DNA of 64,000 nt from Oscillospiraceae bacterium (GCA_015064355.1 SVSJ01000004.1:22120-86119); one strand, 5' to 3'. Shown: positions 1-10,133, counted from the stretch's first letter. The notes: generated by a model not told the origin, from the letters alone. Translations and numbers: made by a program.

Positions 1-62
1 GGTTATTGCAGAGGGGTATGTTCCCTGCGGAAGCTGTAAGCCATAGCAGCACTAATGATAAT

Positions 63-103
63 AAAAAAAGACTTGCGTTTAATTTCGCAAGTCTTAATTT
101 TTT
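63..103. terminator. Bidirectional intrinsic-terminator-like hairpin
   Basis: Stem agacttgcg (69-77) pairs with cgcaagtct (86-94) around an 8-nt loop. A-run on the left, T-run on the right. Lies directly 3' of the minus-strand phosphatase CDS. Confidence 0.6.
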
Positions 104-105
104 CA

Positions 106-1890
106 TTACTTTTTGAAGTTCTGGTCGCCGAAGTCTTCTACACCGTAAAGAACCTTTGCAATGAACTTCGGAATAGCTGTGTTGTCAATATGTCTGCCTG
201 TTCCGATAAGCTCTGTAATGCCCTCATATCCGAGAACAAACAGCGGAACAATAGAATTGCTGTGATAAGCTTTGTTGAAGTCCCAAATTCCGCTTGCTTT
301 CTTAAGGAAGCCGGTTTCATGGTCAGCTGTTACAATAACCATTGTGTCAGGTCTCATTACAGCAAATACTGTGCAGTAAGAGATACAGTCGTTGAATCTT
401 ACAACCTTGTCGGGCATTGTGGACATATTCTGGTTGTGGCTTTCCTTGTCGATGTGCGCTTCTTCGATCATAATGAAGAAGGGATCACCGTCCTTGGAAA
501 TAACGGAAAGCGCTTCACGTGCAAGGTCTGTAAGCTCATCTGTGTCGCCGTCACCCCAGCAATAGTCGATCTCACCGTTAGCTACTACTGTATCGATCTG
601 TTCCTGAAGAATATCTGTGTCAAATCTGCTGTTGTGGTGGCAGATGAATGCCGCGGGAGTTGCGCCGGTAATTGCATCAGTTGTAAGAACAGCAGTCTTT
701 GCGCCCTTGGAACGAGCAAGCTCACGAATGTTCTGAATAGGCTCGCTGTCAATATCAACACCAAGGTGGGAGTTAAGTGTCTTCCATCCTGTTGCAAGTG
801 CTGTACCTGCTGCTGCGCTGTCTGTTGCCTCAGTTTCACGCAGAGGAAGTACGGAATAGGAATATGTCTGTATGTTGGTTATATAGGGGAACTGTTCAGC
901 AAAGAACTCGGGCATATCGCGAAGCTCTTTTGTTGCTTCGATATGGTTCTGTCCCATACCGTCACCGATCATATAGATAACAGACTTAGGAGTTTCCCAC
1001 GCGAATGTTTCAACCTGTACAGTTCTCGGAAGTGTTGTAATATCAACAGTATTTCCTGCGGAAACCCCTGCCATATACTTATTGAGAAGAGCGGATGCGC
1101 CACCAGCGATCATATAGGAGTTACCAAGCATAACAACCTTTGCTTCATCCTTGAAAAGTATGTACTGGTTCTCTCCAAGCTCAACTTTAACATCAACATC
1201 GAGAATACGGTTGGTGTCACCAATGAGAATTTCGTAAACTGTCTCAACTTCACTGTCAGACTTTACATCAAGCTTAATGTCATAAACATCAACAAGGTAA
1301 TCTCTGAGAGCAACTGCGGTGTAGTATGTAAGGAGATCGCATCCCTTAGGATATACGATGTCGTATCTTTCGATAGCAATGCCGTCAATATTTACGTAAC
1401 CTGCGGGATATGTGCCTTCGGTTACTGTAACACCTTGTTCAAGAACAGTAGATGCAGAAAGCTTGCTGATGAAATTGTCTGCAGCAAAATCAAGAGCGTC
1501 CTCAGAACCAGCAACTACGCTGACCTTTGCGTTTTCAACTGCAACTGCGGAGTCCTTAGTGCGGAGATATGTCTTATTCTTGGATGCAGTAACAGATTCT
1601 GCGGCATAAACGATAATAGCCTTACCGTCGTCAGCAACTGTTGCGTTTGCTTCAACGGGAAGTGTTACTGAAAGTGCAGAAGCGATTGCTGCGCTGATCT
1701 TCTCGGCTACTGCCTTTTCAGATGCGCCCTCGCCATCAGCGAGATAAACGATCTTATAGTCTGCAAGACCAGCTGCTGTAAGCTCTACAACCTGTGGCGG
1801 TTTAACATCATCCGCGGGATCGTTACAAGCTGCAAACAAAGGCATGCAAATCGCAAGGACGAGAACGATACTAAAAATTTTCTTGAACAT
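106..1890 (-). CDS. Lipoprotein alkaline phosphatase (PhoA superfamily) with a ~290-aa duplicated N-terminal module
   Basis: 594-aa ORF. MFKKIFSIVLVLAICMPLFAAC is a signal peptide plus lipobox Cys. The C-terminal half has alkaline-phosphatase hallmarks IYMIGDGMG, ATDSAAAGTALATG (DSA nucleophile Ser) and TADHETG. The N-terminal half contains two similar units (YKIVYLADGEG.. and YDIVYPKGCDL..). Confidence 0.85.
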   Translation of the reverse strand: MFKKIFSIVLVLAICMPLFAACNDPADDVKPPQVVELTAAGLADYKIVYLADGEGASEKAVAEKISAAIASALSVTLPVEANATVADDGKAIIVYAAESVTASKNKTYLRTKDSAVAVENAKVSVVAGSEDALDFAADNFISKLSASTVLEQGVTVTEGTYPAGYVNIDGIAIERYDIVYPKGCDLLTYYTAVALRDYLVDVYDIKLDVKSDSEVETVYEILIGDTNRILDVDVKVELGENQYILFKDEAKVVMLGNSYMIAGGASALLNKYMAGVSAGNTVDITTLPRTVQVETFAWETPKSVIYMIGDGMGQNHIEATKELRDMPEFFAEQFPYITNIQTYSYSVLPLRETEATDSAAAGTALATGWKTLNSHLGVDIDSEPIQNIRELARSKGAKTAVLTTDAITGATPAAFICHHNSRFDTDILQEQIDTVVANGEIDYCWGDGDTDELTDLAREALSVISKDGDPFFIMIEEAHIDKESHNQNMSTMPDKVVRFNDCISYCTVFAVMRPDTMVIVTADHETGFLKKASGIWDFNKAYHSNSIVPLFVLGYEGITELIGTGRHIDNTAIPKFIAKVLYGVEDFGDQNFKK

Positions 1891-2044
1891 GGTGGTATTC
1901 CTCCTGACCTAACTGATGACATTATTATACATCATCAATTAATCGCAAATGTTAATAAAATGTGAATTTGACATGTTTCATCAACAAAATATCTGGAATA
2001 TTTATGTTGAATTCTCAAAATTTTTGGGACAACTGACTGCAAAC

Positions 2045-3706
2045 TTAACCTTTTCGCACTCTCTTCAGCCCTTCGCCCTCTGTGATGTAGTCCTCGTGAT
2101 TGAAGGCTGAATTGAGCCACTCAATACGTTCCTCCATCCATTCAGATAGATATGTATAGTGGGCTGTGTAGCTGTCCAGAGCCATAATACTGTCAGGTTC
2201 GACGTTGATTCGCTGACCAAAGATCGGCCAACGTTCAAAGTTGCGCTCGTATGAGGCTTTGTGTCTTTCTGCTTCTTCAATTATGTATGCGGGAAGCTCT
2301 TTGATCTTGTCGTACTCCGCGTTCCATTCATCTGCAACTATCTGTCTGAACCATTCATTAGCCAGTGCTATGGGGAACCAGTCTGCCAAACCCTTTGCAG
2401 ATCCCATTCCGTTTGCTGCAAAAAAATCTGTTGTTTCTATCGATTCATCCCATGCGTTTGACATGGCTATGTCGAAGTCCCAGCTTGGACCGAAGTAAAG
2501 CTTTCCGCCGGCATCCTTCCACATATAGAAGTTATCCCACAGGGCGTCGTGGTTTCTTGCGGTTTCTTGGAGAATATATACTGCTGCCAAGGATTTCAGA
2601 TCAATAAGGCTATCTGCTTTTTCTCGGTCACCATATTTCAGTGCCTCGTAGCAATCATTAACGTAATCTTTGATAAATGTCTTTTGTGCGCTTTTGATCT
2701 TCTCATCAGCCGACAGGTCATTGTGGATAACATAATCTCTCTTTACCACTGTAATTGTCACGTCATCCCGGTCAACGTAGTTTGTCATTTCAAGCATATA
2801 GCCTGTGTCGATAGCGTCGGGAGTGGTATCGGTTACGTTGATTCTGTCACCGGAGATTTTGATCTCCTCTGCCAGGAGATATGCTCCGAGGAAGTCACCG
2901 TTCAGATATACTTCGACAGGAATAGATGCAGGCTCCCAAACTATGCCGTCAAGGACACGTCCCAGTTCAAGTCCTACGTGATTTCTGAGAAGTGACTGGT
3001 CACAATGATTTGCGAGAAGCACCCAGATGCGCTCCTTGCCGTTTGCTATGCCGAAGAGGTTTTCCTTATCCTGAAGCTTGAATTTATATGATTTTTTCTC
3101 AAATCTCCATGTTGCATTTCCGCGTCCTCTGATTTCCAGCGGAGCATCCTCGATAATGTACTCCTCTTCGCATCCGAAAATAGAAATTGTGCCGCCTACG
3201 TATCTGGTTTTTGATCTGATCCTTGAATCAGTATTTATAACGATTATGGGAAGATCTGAAACATCATAGTCAAAAATTGCAGTATATACGCCTTCTTCAG
3301 TATCGCCGCCACGCTCAGGATCTGTCTTTCCGTCACTCCAGCAAACGAATTTAAAGCCCACGTTTGCCTCAGCCCTTACTATGAATGACTGACCGCCAAC
3401 ATTCTGAACAGTAGCACCTACAACAGTACCCGCCTTTTCGCTGTTTACGGAATACACTATCTTCCCTTCTTTTGCTTCGTCAATGGGGTCGGTGGGAAGA
3501 TGCTGCATATCACTTTCAACTACACGGGGGATCTCCGTGCCTGAATAGGTAAGAACCGGCGGTGCTTCGGTCTCGGCGGGAGATTCGGGAATTGTATCTA
3601 CTGTTTCCTGAGTGCTGGCTCCCGTATCAGCAGGTTCTGTATTATCGCATGAAATCAGAGGTAAAAGTATCAAAACAAGGATCAATATGCTCTTTATCCT
3701 TCTCAT
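2045..3706 (-). CDS. CotH-family (atypical kinase fold) lipoprotein, paralog 1
   Basis: 553-aa ORF with signal peptide and lipobox (LILLPLISC). CotH-like blocks: KKSYKFKL, WVLLANHCDQSLLRNH, VYLNGDFLGAYLLAEEI, GPSWDFDIAMS. The N-terminal GFKFVCWSDG unit resembles a Listeria/Bacteroides-type repeat. Confidence 0.8.
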   Translation of the reverse strand: MRRIKSILILVLILLPLISCDNTEPADTGASTQETVDTIPESPAETEAPPVLTYSGTEIPRVVESDMQHLPTDPIDEAKEGKIVYSVNSEKAGTVVGATVQNVGGQSFIVRAEANVGFKFVCWSDGKTDPERGGDTEEGVYTAIFDYDVSDLPIIVINTDSRIRSKTRYVGGTISIFGCEEEYIIEDAPLEIRGRGNATWRFEKKSYKFKLQDKENLFGIANGKERIWVLLANHCDQSLLRNHVGLELGRVLDGIVWEPASIPVEVYLNGDFLGAYLLAEEIKISGDRINVTDTTPDAIDTGYMLEMTNYVDRDDVTITVVKRDYVIHNDLSADEKIKSAQKTFIKDYVNDCYEALKYGDREKADSLIDLKSLAAVYILQETARNHDALWDNFYMWKDAGGKLYFGPSWDFDIAMSNAWDESIETTDFFAANGMGSAKGLADWFPIALANEWFRQIVADEWNAEYDKIKELPAYIIEEAERHKASYERNFERWPIFGQRINVEPDSIMALDSYTAHYTYLSEWMEERIEWLNSAFNHEDYITEGEGLKRVRKG

Positions 3707-3712
3707 AAATGG

Positions 3713-5398
3713 CTACTCCTCTATATTGTTTTTGTTCTGTTCTGCTTCCCAGAGGCTTTCCTCTGCCGCAATGGCGCGAAGCCACTCTACTCTTTCTATT
3801 CCCTTGCCCTCTGTGACGAATTTTTCATCGTGGAACGCTTCGTTGAGCCATTCTATTCGATTCTCAAACCACTCTGCAAGGTAGGTATAGTGCTCGGTAT
3901 ATGTTTTCAGTGAGTTGATCTTTTCAGTTTCGCGGTTTTGCTGTGTGCCGAAAATGGGCCAGCGAACGAAGTTTCGTTCATATGAGTCGGAGCCGTCTTC
4001 ACCAATGGACAAAATATACTCAGGTACTTGCTGAAGCTCCGGGTAGATCCTATCCCACTCGTCAACTACCATTTGTCTGTACCACTCGTGAAGCATTGCC
4101 AAGGGGAACCAGTTTACCGTACTGTTGTCAGAGCCTTTGCCGTTTCCAACGAAAATTCCGCTGTACTCCTCAGCCCCCTTGTTTGCGTTGCCCAGAGAGT
4201 TGTCAAAGTCCCAGTATGGTCCGAAATGAAGCTTGGTGCCAACGTCTTTCCAAATGTAGAAGTTGTCGTAGTGTGAGTCAAGATTCTTTGTAACCTCTTC
4301 AAGAAAGTACGCGTGTATGAAGGAATCGAGATCAATAAGCTCGTTTACCAGGGTATAGTCACCGTTCTTCATGGCCTTATAGCATTCGTCAACGTAGCCC
4401 TTGATGTATTTCTTTTGTGCATCTTTGATCTCTTCGTTATCCGACAACTGGGTGTGGATATTGTGAGCTCGGCCGGCAGTATGGATTCCGCCGCGCTTTG
4501 CGTAATTTGACATTTCAAGGAGGTATCCCGTATCGATGGCATTCTGGTCAGTGTCGCTTATGTTCACTCTGTCACCCGAGATCTTTATTTCCTCGGCCAG
4601 GAGGTAAACACCGATGTATTCACCGTTCAGATACACGTCAACGGACACCGATGCCGGTTCCCAAGTGATTCCGTCAAAGGATCTGCCCAGCTCCATTGCC
4701 AAGTGATTTCGGAGAAGTGATATATCGCAGTGATTGGCGAGGAGAACCCAGGTTCTCTCTTTTCCGTTACCAATTCCGAGGATGTTCTCCTTTTTATCAA
4801 GCTTGAATTTATATGATTTCTTATCAAAGCTCCAGGAGAAGTTTCCGCGGCCGCGAATTCCCATGGTTACATTGTCTAACACGTATTCATCTTCACATGC
4901 AATAAGTGAGAGGGTTGAGGAAAGGTATTCTTCCTTTGATAGGATTTCTGCACTGTCCTTCGTGTTTATCACCATTATGGGGAAATCCAGCACCTCATAA
5001 TCGAAAATCGCTGTGTAGACTCCCTCTTTTGAGTCACCGCTTCGGGTAGCATCGGTTATGCCGTCGCTCCAGTGAAGGAACTTGTATCCGATATTCGCCA
5101 CGGCAGTCACCTGTGCCGAGGAAGATCCTGCCTCCTGCACCCTCGTACCGCTGATATATCCAGCTGATTCATTATTCACGGAATAGACGATCTTTCCCTC
5201 TTGCGCTGTGTCAACCGAAGCTGTGGAAAGATAGTTTCCGTCGTTTTCTATAACGGGGATTGGTGTTCCTGATAGGGTGTGAGTCAAGGGCTCTCTTTTT
5301 GGGGAATCGGTTTCCGAAGGGGCAATATCACTGTTTCCGCAACCGAACAAGAATACTGTCACCAATACTGCCGCGCAGATTTTAACAAATCGACTCAT
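3713..5398 (-). CDS. CotH-family lipoprotein, paralog 2 (tandem duplicate)
   Basis: 561-aa ORF with lipobox FLFGC. Collinear with the neighbouring gene through identical blocks GVYTAIFDY, KKSYKFKL, WVLLANHCD, SLLRNH, YLLAEEIKISGDR, AIDTGY and WDFD. Only 6 nt separate the two genes. Confidence 0.8.
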   Translation of the reverse strand: MSRFVKICAAVLVTVFLFGCGNSDIAPSETDSPKREPLTHTLSGTPIPVIENDGNYLSTASVDTAQEGKIVYSVNNESAGYISGTRVQEAGSSSAQVTAVANIGYKFLHWSDGITDATRSGDSKEGVYTAIFDYEVLDFPIMVINTKDSAEILSKEEYLSSTLSLIACEDEYVLDNVTMGIRGRGNFSWSFDKKSYKFKLDKKENILGIGNGKERTWVLLANHCDISLLRNHLAMELGRSFDGITWEPASVSVDVYLNGEYIGVYLLAEEIKISGDRVNISDTDQNAIDTGYLLEMSNYAKRGGIHTAGRAHNIHTQLSDNEEIKDAQKKYIKGYVDECYKAMKNGDYTLVNELIDLDSFIHAYFLEEVTKNLDSHYDNFYIWKDVGTKLHFGPYWDFDNSLGNANKGAEEYSGIFVGNGKGSDNSTVNWFPLAMLHEWYRQMVVDEWDRIYPELQQVPEYILSIGEDGSDSYERNFVRWPIFGTQQNRETEKINSLKTYTEHYTYLAEWFENRIEWLNEAFHDEKFVTEGKGIERVEWLRAIAAEESLWEAEQNKNNIEE

Positions 5399-5532
5399 AT
5401 TTTCCTCCCTACTAATTAATCATTATCTCAATTATACTATATCAAGCACGGGAATTTGTTACAAAAATATTAAGAAGACGGGGTTTGAATTCTTTTATCT
5501 GCAAAAAAATAGCATCAGTTAGCAAATAATAA

Positions 5533-5561
5533 TTGACAAATGCATATTTTTATGGTTTAAT
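5533..5561 (+). promoter_or_regulatory. Sigma-A-type promoter for hup
   Basis: TTGACA (5533-5538), 17-nt spacer, TGgTTTAAT extended -10 (hexamer 5556-5561). Confidence 0.5.
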
Positions 5562-5605
5562 GTATAAAGTGATATATTATTTATTTTATTTTGGAGGAAT
5601 TTATT

Positions 5606-5881
5606 ATGAACAAGAATGAACTCATTTCCGCTGCTGCTAAGGCAACAGGCATTACTAAGAAGGATACCGCTGCTGTACTTGATGCAATCCTCGCACAGAT
5701 CACAGACGCTGTTGTAGCAGGTGACAAGGTTCAGCTCATCGGCTTCGGTACTTTTGAAGTTCGTGAACGCGGTGAACGCACCAGCAGAAATCCCCGCACA
5801 GGCGAAACCGTTAAGGTTGCTGCTTCCAAGGCTCCTGCATTCAAGGCAGGCAAGGCGTTCAAGGATGCTGTAAACAAGTAA
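5606..5881 (+). CDS. hup: HU-family DNA-binding protein
   Basis: [11 protein letters not shown]...[32 protein letters not shown] is a canonical HU sequence. I chose the ATG at 5606, 8 nt after GGAGG (5593-5597), over the TTG at 5591 in the ORF track. Confidence 0.95.
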   Translation: MNKNELISAAAKATGITKKDTAAVLDAILAQITDAVVAGDKVQLIGFGTFEVRERGERTSRNPRTGETVKVAASKAPAFKAGKAFKDAVNK

Positions 5882-5896
5882 TTCAAGAATAAAGAT

Positions 5897-5935
5897 ACCC
5901 TACAGACAATGAACTGTTTGTAGGGTGTTTTTTTA
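5897..5935. terminator. Intrinsic terminator after hup, shared with the convergent nitroreductase gene
   Basis: accctaca...tgtagggt stem followed by gttttttt. An A/T-rich run on the other side allows use from both strands. Confidence 0.7.
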
Positions 5936-5948
5936 TTTCTGCACGGAT

Positions 5949-6479
5949 TTATTCTATAACGCTCACAAGCTCGTCAAGCTCCTTGCGCTTCTTGGGGCGC
6001 AGCTTATCTTCGTCATTGGCATAGCCCAGTGTGATCACCATTTTTGCAGCCTCGTCAATCCCGCATACTTTACGGATCGCGCCATCGTCCAACCATCCGA
6101 GGATACAGGTGCCAAGTCCCTGTACTGCCGCCTCCGCTGTAATGTACGCCGCCAAGATACCAATGTCAATGGAACGATAGTCGATTCCCTTGAGCTTTGA
6201 GCCGAGAGCGGCGGTTTTAACATAAGGTTTCTCTGATATAACAAGCAAAACAGGTGCATTTGCGGCAAATTTGTTCATGCCCATTCCCTGCACCGCTTTT
6301 GCAACACCTCGCGCCGCCTCACCTTTACACACGGTAATATGGTACGGCTGGCCGTTACAAGCTGACGGAGCAAGTCTCGCTGTTTCCAGTATTCTCTGGA
6401 GCTTTTCTTCTTCAACCGGTCTCGTCGGATTATAATTGCGGCAGGACTGCCTGATTTCAGCAATTTCGGTAAAATTCAT
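5949..6479 (-). CDS. Nitroreductase-family protein
   Basis: 176 aa. RQSCRNYNP..., ILETARLAPSACNGQPYH and a C-terminal GYA.. block fit the NAD(P)H nitroreductase fold. RBS aggaaggaga lies upstream. Confidence 0.8.
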   Translation of the reverse strand: MNFTEIAEIRQSCRNYNPTRPVEEEKLQRILETARLAPSACNGQPYHITVCKGEAARGVAKAVQGMGMNKFAANAPVLLVISEKPYVKTAALGSKLKGIDYRSIDIGILAAYITAEAAVQGLGTCILGWLDDGAIRKVCGIDEAAKMVITLGYANDEDKLRPKKRKELDELVSVIE

Positions 6480-6507
6480 CTTGTTCTCCTTCCTTTGTGG
6501 TTTAGTA

Positions 6508-7971
6508 TCATTTCAGAAGGGTGTCGAATATTCCGCGTACGATCTTTCTGCCGATCTCGCGGCCTATGGTACTTGCGGTGCTGTTTATGGTTCTTTCAAT
6601 TAATGTGGTCTTCTTTCTGCCGGAGGATTTCTTCTTTTCTTTTTCCTTTTTCTCTTTTTCCCGCTCCGCTTCCTTTTCCGCTTTTTCGTTTTCTTCTACG
6701 ATCACCTCGTAAGCGGATTTTCTGTCCTCCTCTGTTGCGTATTTGTCACGGAGAGGACTTGCAAAGATCACGCTCTGGAGCAGGATCTGGTCAATGGCCT
6801 TCATACTGCTTCTCGGCGGGAGAATGTTAGCTTTCTGAACTATTGATGGAACGCCGTCTGTATCAAGGACGGAAACCAGTGCTTCACCAACCCCAAGTGC
6901 CTGGATCGCTTCAGCGGTATCAAATCCCGGATTGACGCGGAATGACTTAGCAGCTGCGTTAAGAGCCTTCTGATCGTTGGGAGTATATGCGCGGAGGGCG
7001 TGCTGTACTCTGTTACCTATCTGTCCGAGTACGCTTTCCGGAATATCCGTGGGATTCTGCGTGATAAACCAAACGCTGACGCCCTTGGAACGAATGAGTC
7101 TTACAACTTGCTCCACTTTATCAATAAGGGCTTTGGGTGCGTCGTCGAACAGAAGATGTGCTTCGTCAAAGAAGAATGCAAGTTTGGGCTTTTCAAGGTC
7201 GCCGGCTTCGGGGAACATTTCGTAAATCTCGGAGAGCATCCAAAGGAGGAACGTTCCGTAGAGAAGGGGGTGCTGGAAAAGCTGTGAGCACTCGAGGATA
7301 TTCATTACACCGCGGCCGTCGTCTGCCCAGTCCACCCAGTCTGACAAGTCAAGAGATGGCTCGCCGAAGAATATTTCCCCTCCCTCGTCTTCAAGAGTGA
7401 GAAGCGCTCGCTGAATTGCACCGATAGACTGGGGAGAGATATTACCGTAGGTGAGCTTATATTCTTTTGCATTGTCACCCACGTACTGAACCATTGCGCG
7501 CAGGTCTTTAAGATCTATGAGAAGCAGCTCTTTTTCGTCAGCTACTCGGAAAACTATACGCAAAACGCCGCTCTGAATCTCGTTTAAGCCGAGAAGTCTT
7601 GAGAGAAGCTCCGGTCCCATTTCGGAGATAGTGGTGCGGACAGGCATACCCTGCTTACCGTACACGTCCCAGAATCTAACCGGGTACGATGTATAGTTGA
7701 AATTCGTTATGCCCATAGTGTCGATACTGCGACGGATGTGCTTGTTCTCTTCACCGGGGGTTGCCATACCGGAAAGATCGCCCTTGATGTCCGCAATAAA
7801 GGTGGGCACACCCATATCGGAAAACGCTTCTGCCAGCACCTTCAGCGTAACCGTTTTACCGGTTCCCGTTGCGCCTGCTATAAGTCCGTGGCGGTTTGCC
7901 ATGGATGGCTCAAGGTATACTTTTTCCCCGCCTGTCGCCAGCCAAATTTTGTGAATGTCTTTAATATACAT
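6508..7971 (-). CDS. DUF853 / HerA-like P-loop ATPase (YjgR family)
   Basis: 487 aa. Walker A GATGTGKT, Walker B-like FFFDEAH, and a Lys/Glu-rich C-terminal tail. Its stop lies 28 nt upstream of the nitroreductase start, so the two are probably co-transcribed. Confidence 0.75.
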   Translation of the reverse strand: MYIKDIHKIWLATGGEKVYLEPSMANRHGLIAGATGTGKTVTLKVLAEAFSDMGVPTFIADIKGDLSGMATPGEENKHIRRSIDTMGITNFNYTSYPVRFWDVYGKQGMPVRTTISEMGPELLSRLLGLNEIQSGVLRIVFRVADEKELLLIDLKDLRAMVQYVGDNAKEYKLTYGNISPQSIGAIQRALLTLEDEGGEIFFGEPSLDLSDWVDWADDGRGVMNILECSQLFQHPLLYGTFLLWMLSEIYEMFPEAGDLEKPKLAFFFDEAHLLFDDAPKALIDKVEQVVRLIRSKGVSVWFITQNPTDIPESVLGQIGNRVQHALRAYTPNDQKALNAAAKSFRVNPGFDTAEAIQALGVGEALVSVLDTDGVPSIVQKANILPPRSSMKAIDQILLQSVIFASPLRDKYATEEDRKSAYEVIVEENEKAEKEAEREKEKKEKEKKKSSGRKKTTLIERTINSTASTIGREIGRKIVRGIFDTLLK

Positions 7972-8102
7972 ATTCTTTCCTCCGGGTGTTCTGTAGTCTT
8001 TTCTTTAATTATAACAGATATTCGGTCGTTTGTCACCTGTAATTATCAATTTTCTTTCACGAAGATGTACCTCTTCTCCATATTCTGTTGCATGATTTGG
8101 TA

Positions 8103-8131
8103 TTTACTTTTTCACTTTGCCATGATATAAT
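8103..8131 (+). promoter_or_regulatory. Sigma-A-type promoter for the GH36-like gene
   Basis: TTTACT (8103-8108), 17-nt spacer, TGaTATAAT (hexamer 8126-8131). Confidence 0.45.
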
Positions 8132-8168
8132 ATTTGAGAGCACTTTTGACAAGTTAAGGAGTAATTTT

Positions 8169-10133
8169 ATGAAGCCTTTGATCATAGACGGTTCACTTTG
8201 TCTTGTGAACGATTCCGGCAGTGTTTTCGCGCGAGATATCACCGCTTATCTTGAATATCCCGGTAATGATTACAACATTCTCACAGCCCCTGCTGTCGGC
8301 AAATGGGAGCTTGACGGACTGGTGGCAAAATGCGACAATGTTGTTATGGAGTTTCTTCCCGACGGCGAAAAGATGATGGTGCGGACAACCTTCACTAACA
8401 CAACCGGCGAGACCATCGAGACTCCCGAGACATTTTACGCATTCTCCTGTAGTTTGAACGACGTTCCCACAAGGCTTCTTTGCACCCGCGCAACTGTGAA
8501 TAACGGCAACAAGCTCAACGAAATGAGCTCTCAGGTTGACACCATAGTTCCCATGTGGGGCGCGAGATACGATTCCTGCGACTTTGTTGCGTACAATGCG
8601 GAAAAAGGTAACGGGATCTTCGGTTTTGCCACATATAGGAGATACTTTGGTATCGTAAAGGCGGGGGGCGACGGCAGATTGGAGGCAACACAGTTCCTTG
8701 AATTCCATCCTCTCGAAAACGGCGCATCCGTAACATCTGACCTTGTTCTCATTATGCCATGCGGTGATATTGCCACAGAGGGTCTTATTAATTACGCACG
8801 CCTTGTTAGAGAATACAACACCAGCGATGTTGAGCCGAGACCTATGAAGTTTGACGTTCCCGTTGGCTTCTGCACTTGGTATTACTACGGCGGCAAGATC
8901 AATGCTGACACCCTCCGTGAAAATATGGATACTCTTGATATGCACAAATCTGACGTTCCGGTGAAGTATATTCAGATAGACGACGGCTGGTATGACTTCT
9001 GGGGTGACTGGCAAACCAAGTGGACCTTCGGCACTCACATGAAGAATTTTGCCGATGAGATCAAATCCCGCGGGTATATCCCCGGAATATGGGTTGCGGC
9101 ATTTGGGGCTCATCCCAACTCAAAGGTGGTAAAGGAGCATCCCGAATACTTCATTCACAAAAAAGACGGCGAGATGTACCCCACCCCCTCTTTTGACTTC
9201 TCCGTACCCGAAACCTGCGAATACATCCGTGACCTGTTCCACAGAATTTCCCACGAGTGGGGTTATAGATACATCAAGATCGACATTATCACCGGCAGAC
9301 TTGTTCCCACAGGCCACCACGATCCCGACTACACCACAATAATGAACTACCGCAAAGGACTTCAGATAATGCGCGAGGCGGTTACTGATGACACGTTCCT
9401 TCTGGCTTGCACCGCTCCTCTTGCAGCAGCAGCCGGACTTGTTGACGGTATGAGAGTAAGCTGTGATGTGTTCGAGCGGTGGGAATCCCTCAGAGATGTG
9501 TTCAACTCCGTTATCAAGAGATACTATACTCACAAGAATTGGTACATCAATGATGCTGACTGTCTTCTTGTTCGCACCAAGGATGAAGAAGACGAGCAGT
9601 GCTGGCGTCTTTGCACACGTACTGACGGAGAGATACAGACTTTCGTTACAGCAATGGCAGCATCAGGCGGCGCAGTTATGCTTTCTGACAAGATGCCACT
9701 CTTGAAGGATCACCAGTTCAAGCTGATATCCATGCTGTTCCCTCTCAACAAGGAGGCGGCAATCCCTCTCGATCTTATGGACAGCTTTATTCCAGGGGTT
9801 CTTGACTTCGGTGTACGAAATGGCACAAGAACCGTTGCTCTCATTAACTGGGGAGACGCGGACACGGAAATGTGTGTGCCAGACAGCCGCGGAAAGCTTG
9901 CCTTTGAGTTCTGGAGTCAGAATTTCATGGGTCAGTGTGACAGTGATATCAAGGTTAAAATAGAGCCTCACGGATGTCGCGTTTACTTCCTGACTGAGCC
10001 CAGTGACGGCGCGATCGTTGGTACTGATTCATCGGTTGTCATGAACATTGAGAACGGAGAAAAGAACAAGGCTGACGAAAAGCTTTGCATTGCCAAGAAA
10101 ACCACCGACGGCTGGGTTTCTGACTGGCAGTAA
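8169..10133 (+). CDS. Alpha-galactosidase-like glycoside hydrolase (GH36/clan GH-D type), cytoplasmic
   Basis: Start chosen at ATG 8169, after AAGGAG (8156-8161). Motifs FCTWYYYG, YIQIDDGW and YIKIDI (K-x-D nucleophile context) fit melibiase-type enzymes. No signal peptide. Confidence 0.65.
   Translation: MKPLIIDGSLCLVNDSGSVFARDITAYLEYPGNDYNILTAPAVGKWELDGLVAKCDNVVMEFLPDGEKMMVRTTFTNTTGETIETPETFYAFSCSLNDVPTRLLCTRATVNNGNKLNEMSSQVDTIVPMWGARYDSCDFVAYNAEKGNGIFGFATYRRYFGIVKAGGDGRLEATQFLEFHPLENGASVTSDLVLIMPCGDIATEGLINYARLVREYNTSDVEPRPMKFDVPVGFCTWYYYGGKINADTLRENMDTLDMHKSDVPVKYIQIDDGWYDFWGDWQTKWTFGTHMKNFADEIKSRGYIPGIWVAAFGAHPNSKVVKEHPEYFIHKKDGEMYPTPSFDFSVPETCEYIRDLFHRISHEWGYRYIKIDIITGRLVPTGHHDPDYTTIMNYRKGLQIMREAVTDDTFLLACTAPLAAAAGLVDGMRVSCDVFERWESLRDVFNSVIKRYYTHKNWYINDADCLLVRTKDEEDEQCWRLCTRTDGEIQTFVTAMAASGGAVMLSDKMPLLKDHQFKLISMLFPLNKEAAIPLDLMDSFIPGVLDFGVRNGTRTVALINWGDADTEMCVPDSRGKLAFEFWSQNFMGQCDSDIKVKIEPHGCRVYFLTEPSDGAIVGTDSSVVMNIENGEKNKADEKLCIAKKTTDGWVSDWQ

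Noticed and set aside
1-46. Possible 3' end of a plus-strand CDS entering from the left edge (frame 2 reads ..VIAEGYVPCGSCKP*, frame 1 reads ..GYCRGVCSLRKL*)
   Set aside because: Only 12-15 codons are visible and two frames are open, so neither frame nor product can be supported.
55-1671. 538-aa plus-strand ORF antisense to the alkaline phosphatase gene
   Set aside because: The translation is Cys/Val/Asn-rich and low-complexity, with no motifs. The opposite strand encodes a protein with clear alkaline-phosphatase signatures. Long antisense ORFs are expected when the sense strand avoids TTA/CTA/TCA codons.
6508-7971. HerA-like P-loop ATPase as a candidate defence-system component
   Set aside because: It has the DUF853/YjgR-type layout, with no adjacent nuclease, SIR2, or other effector. 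It appears co-transcribed with a housekeeping-type nitroreductase. Nothing in the sequence supports a defence role.
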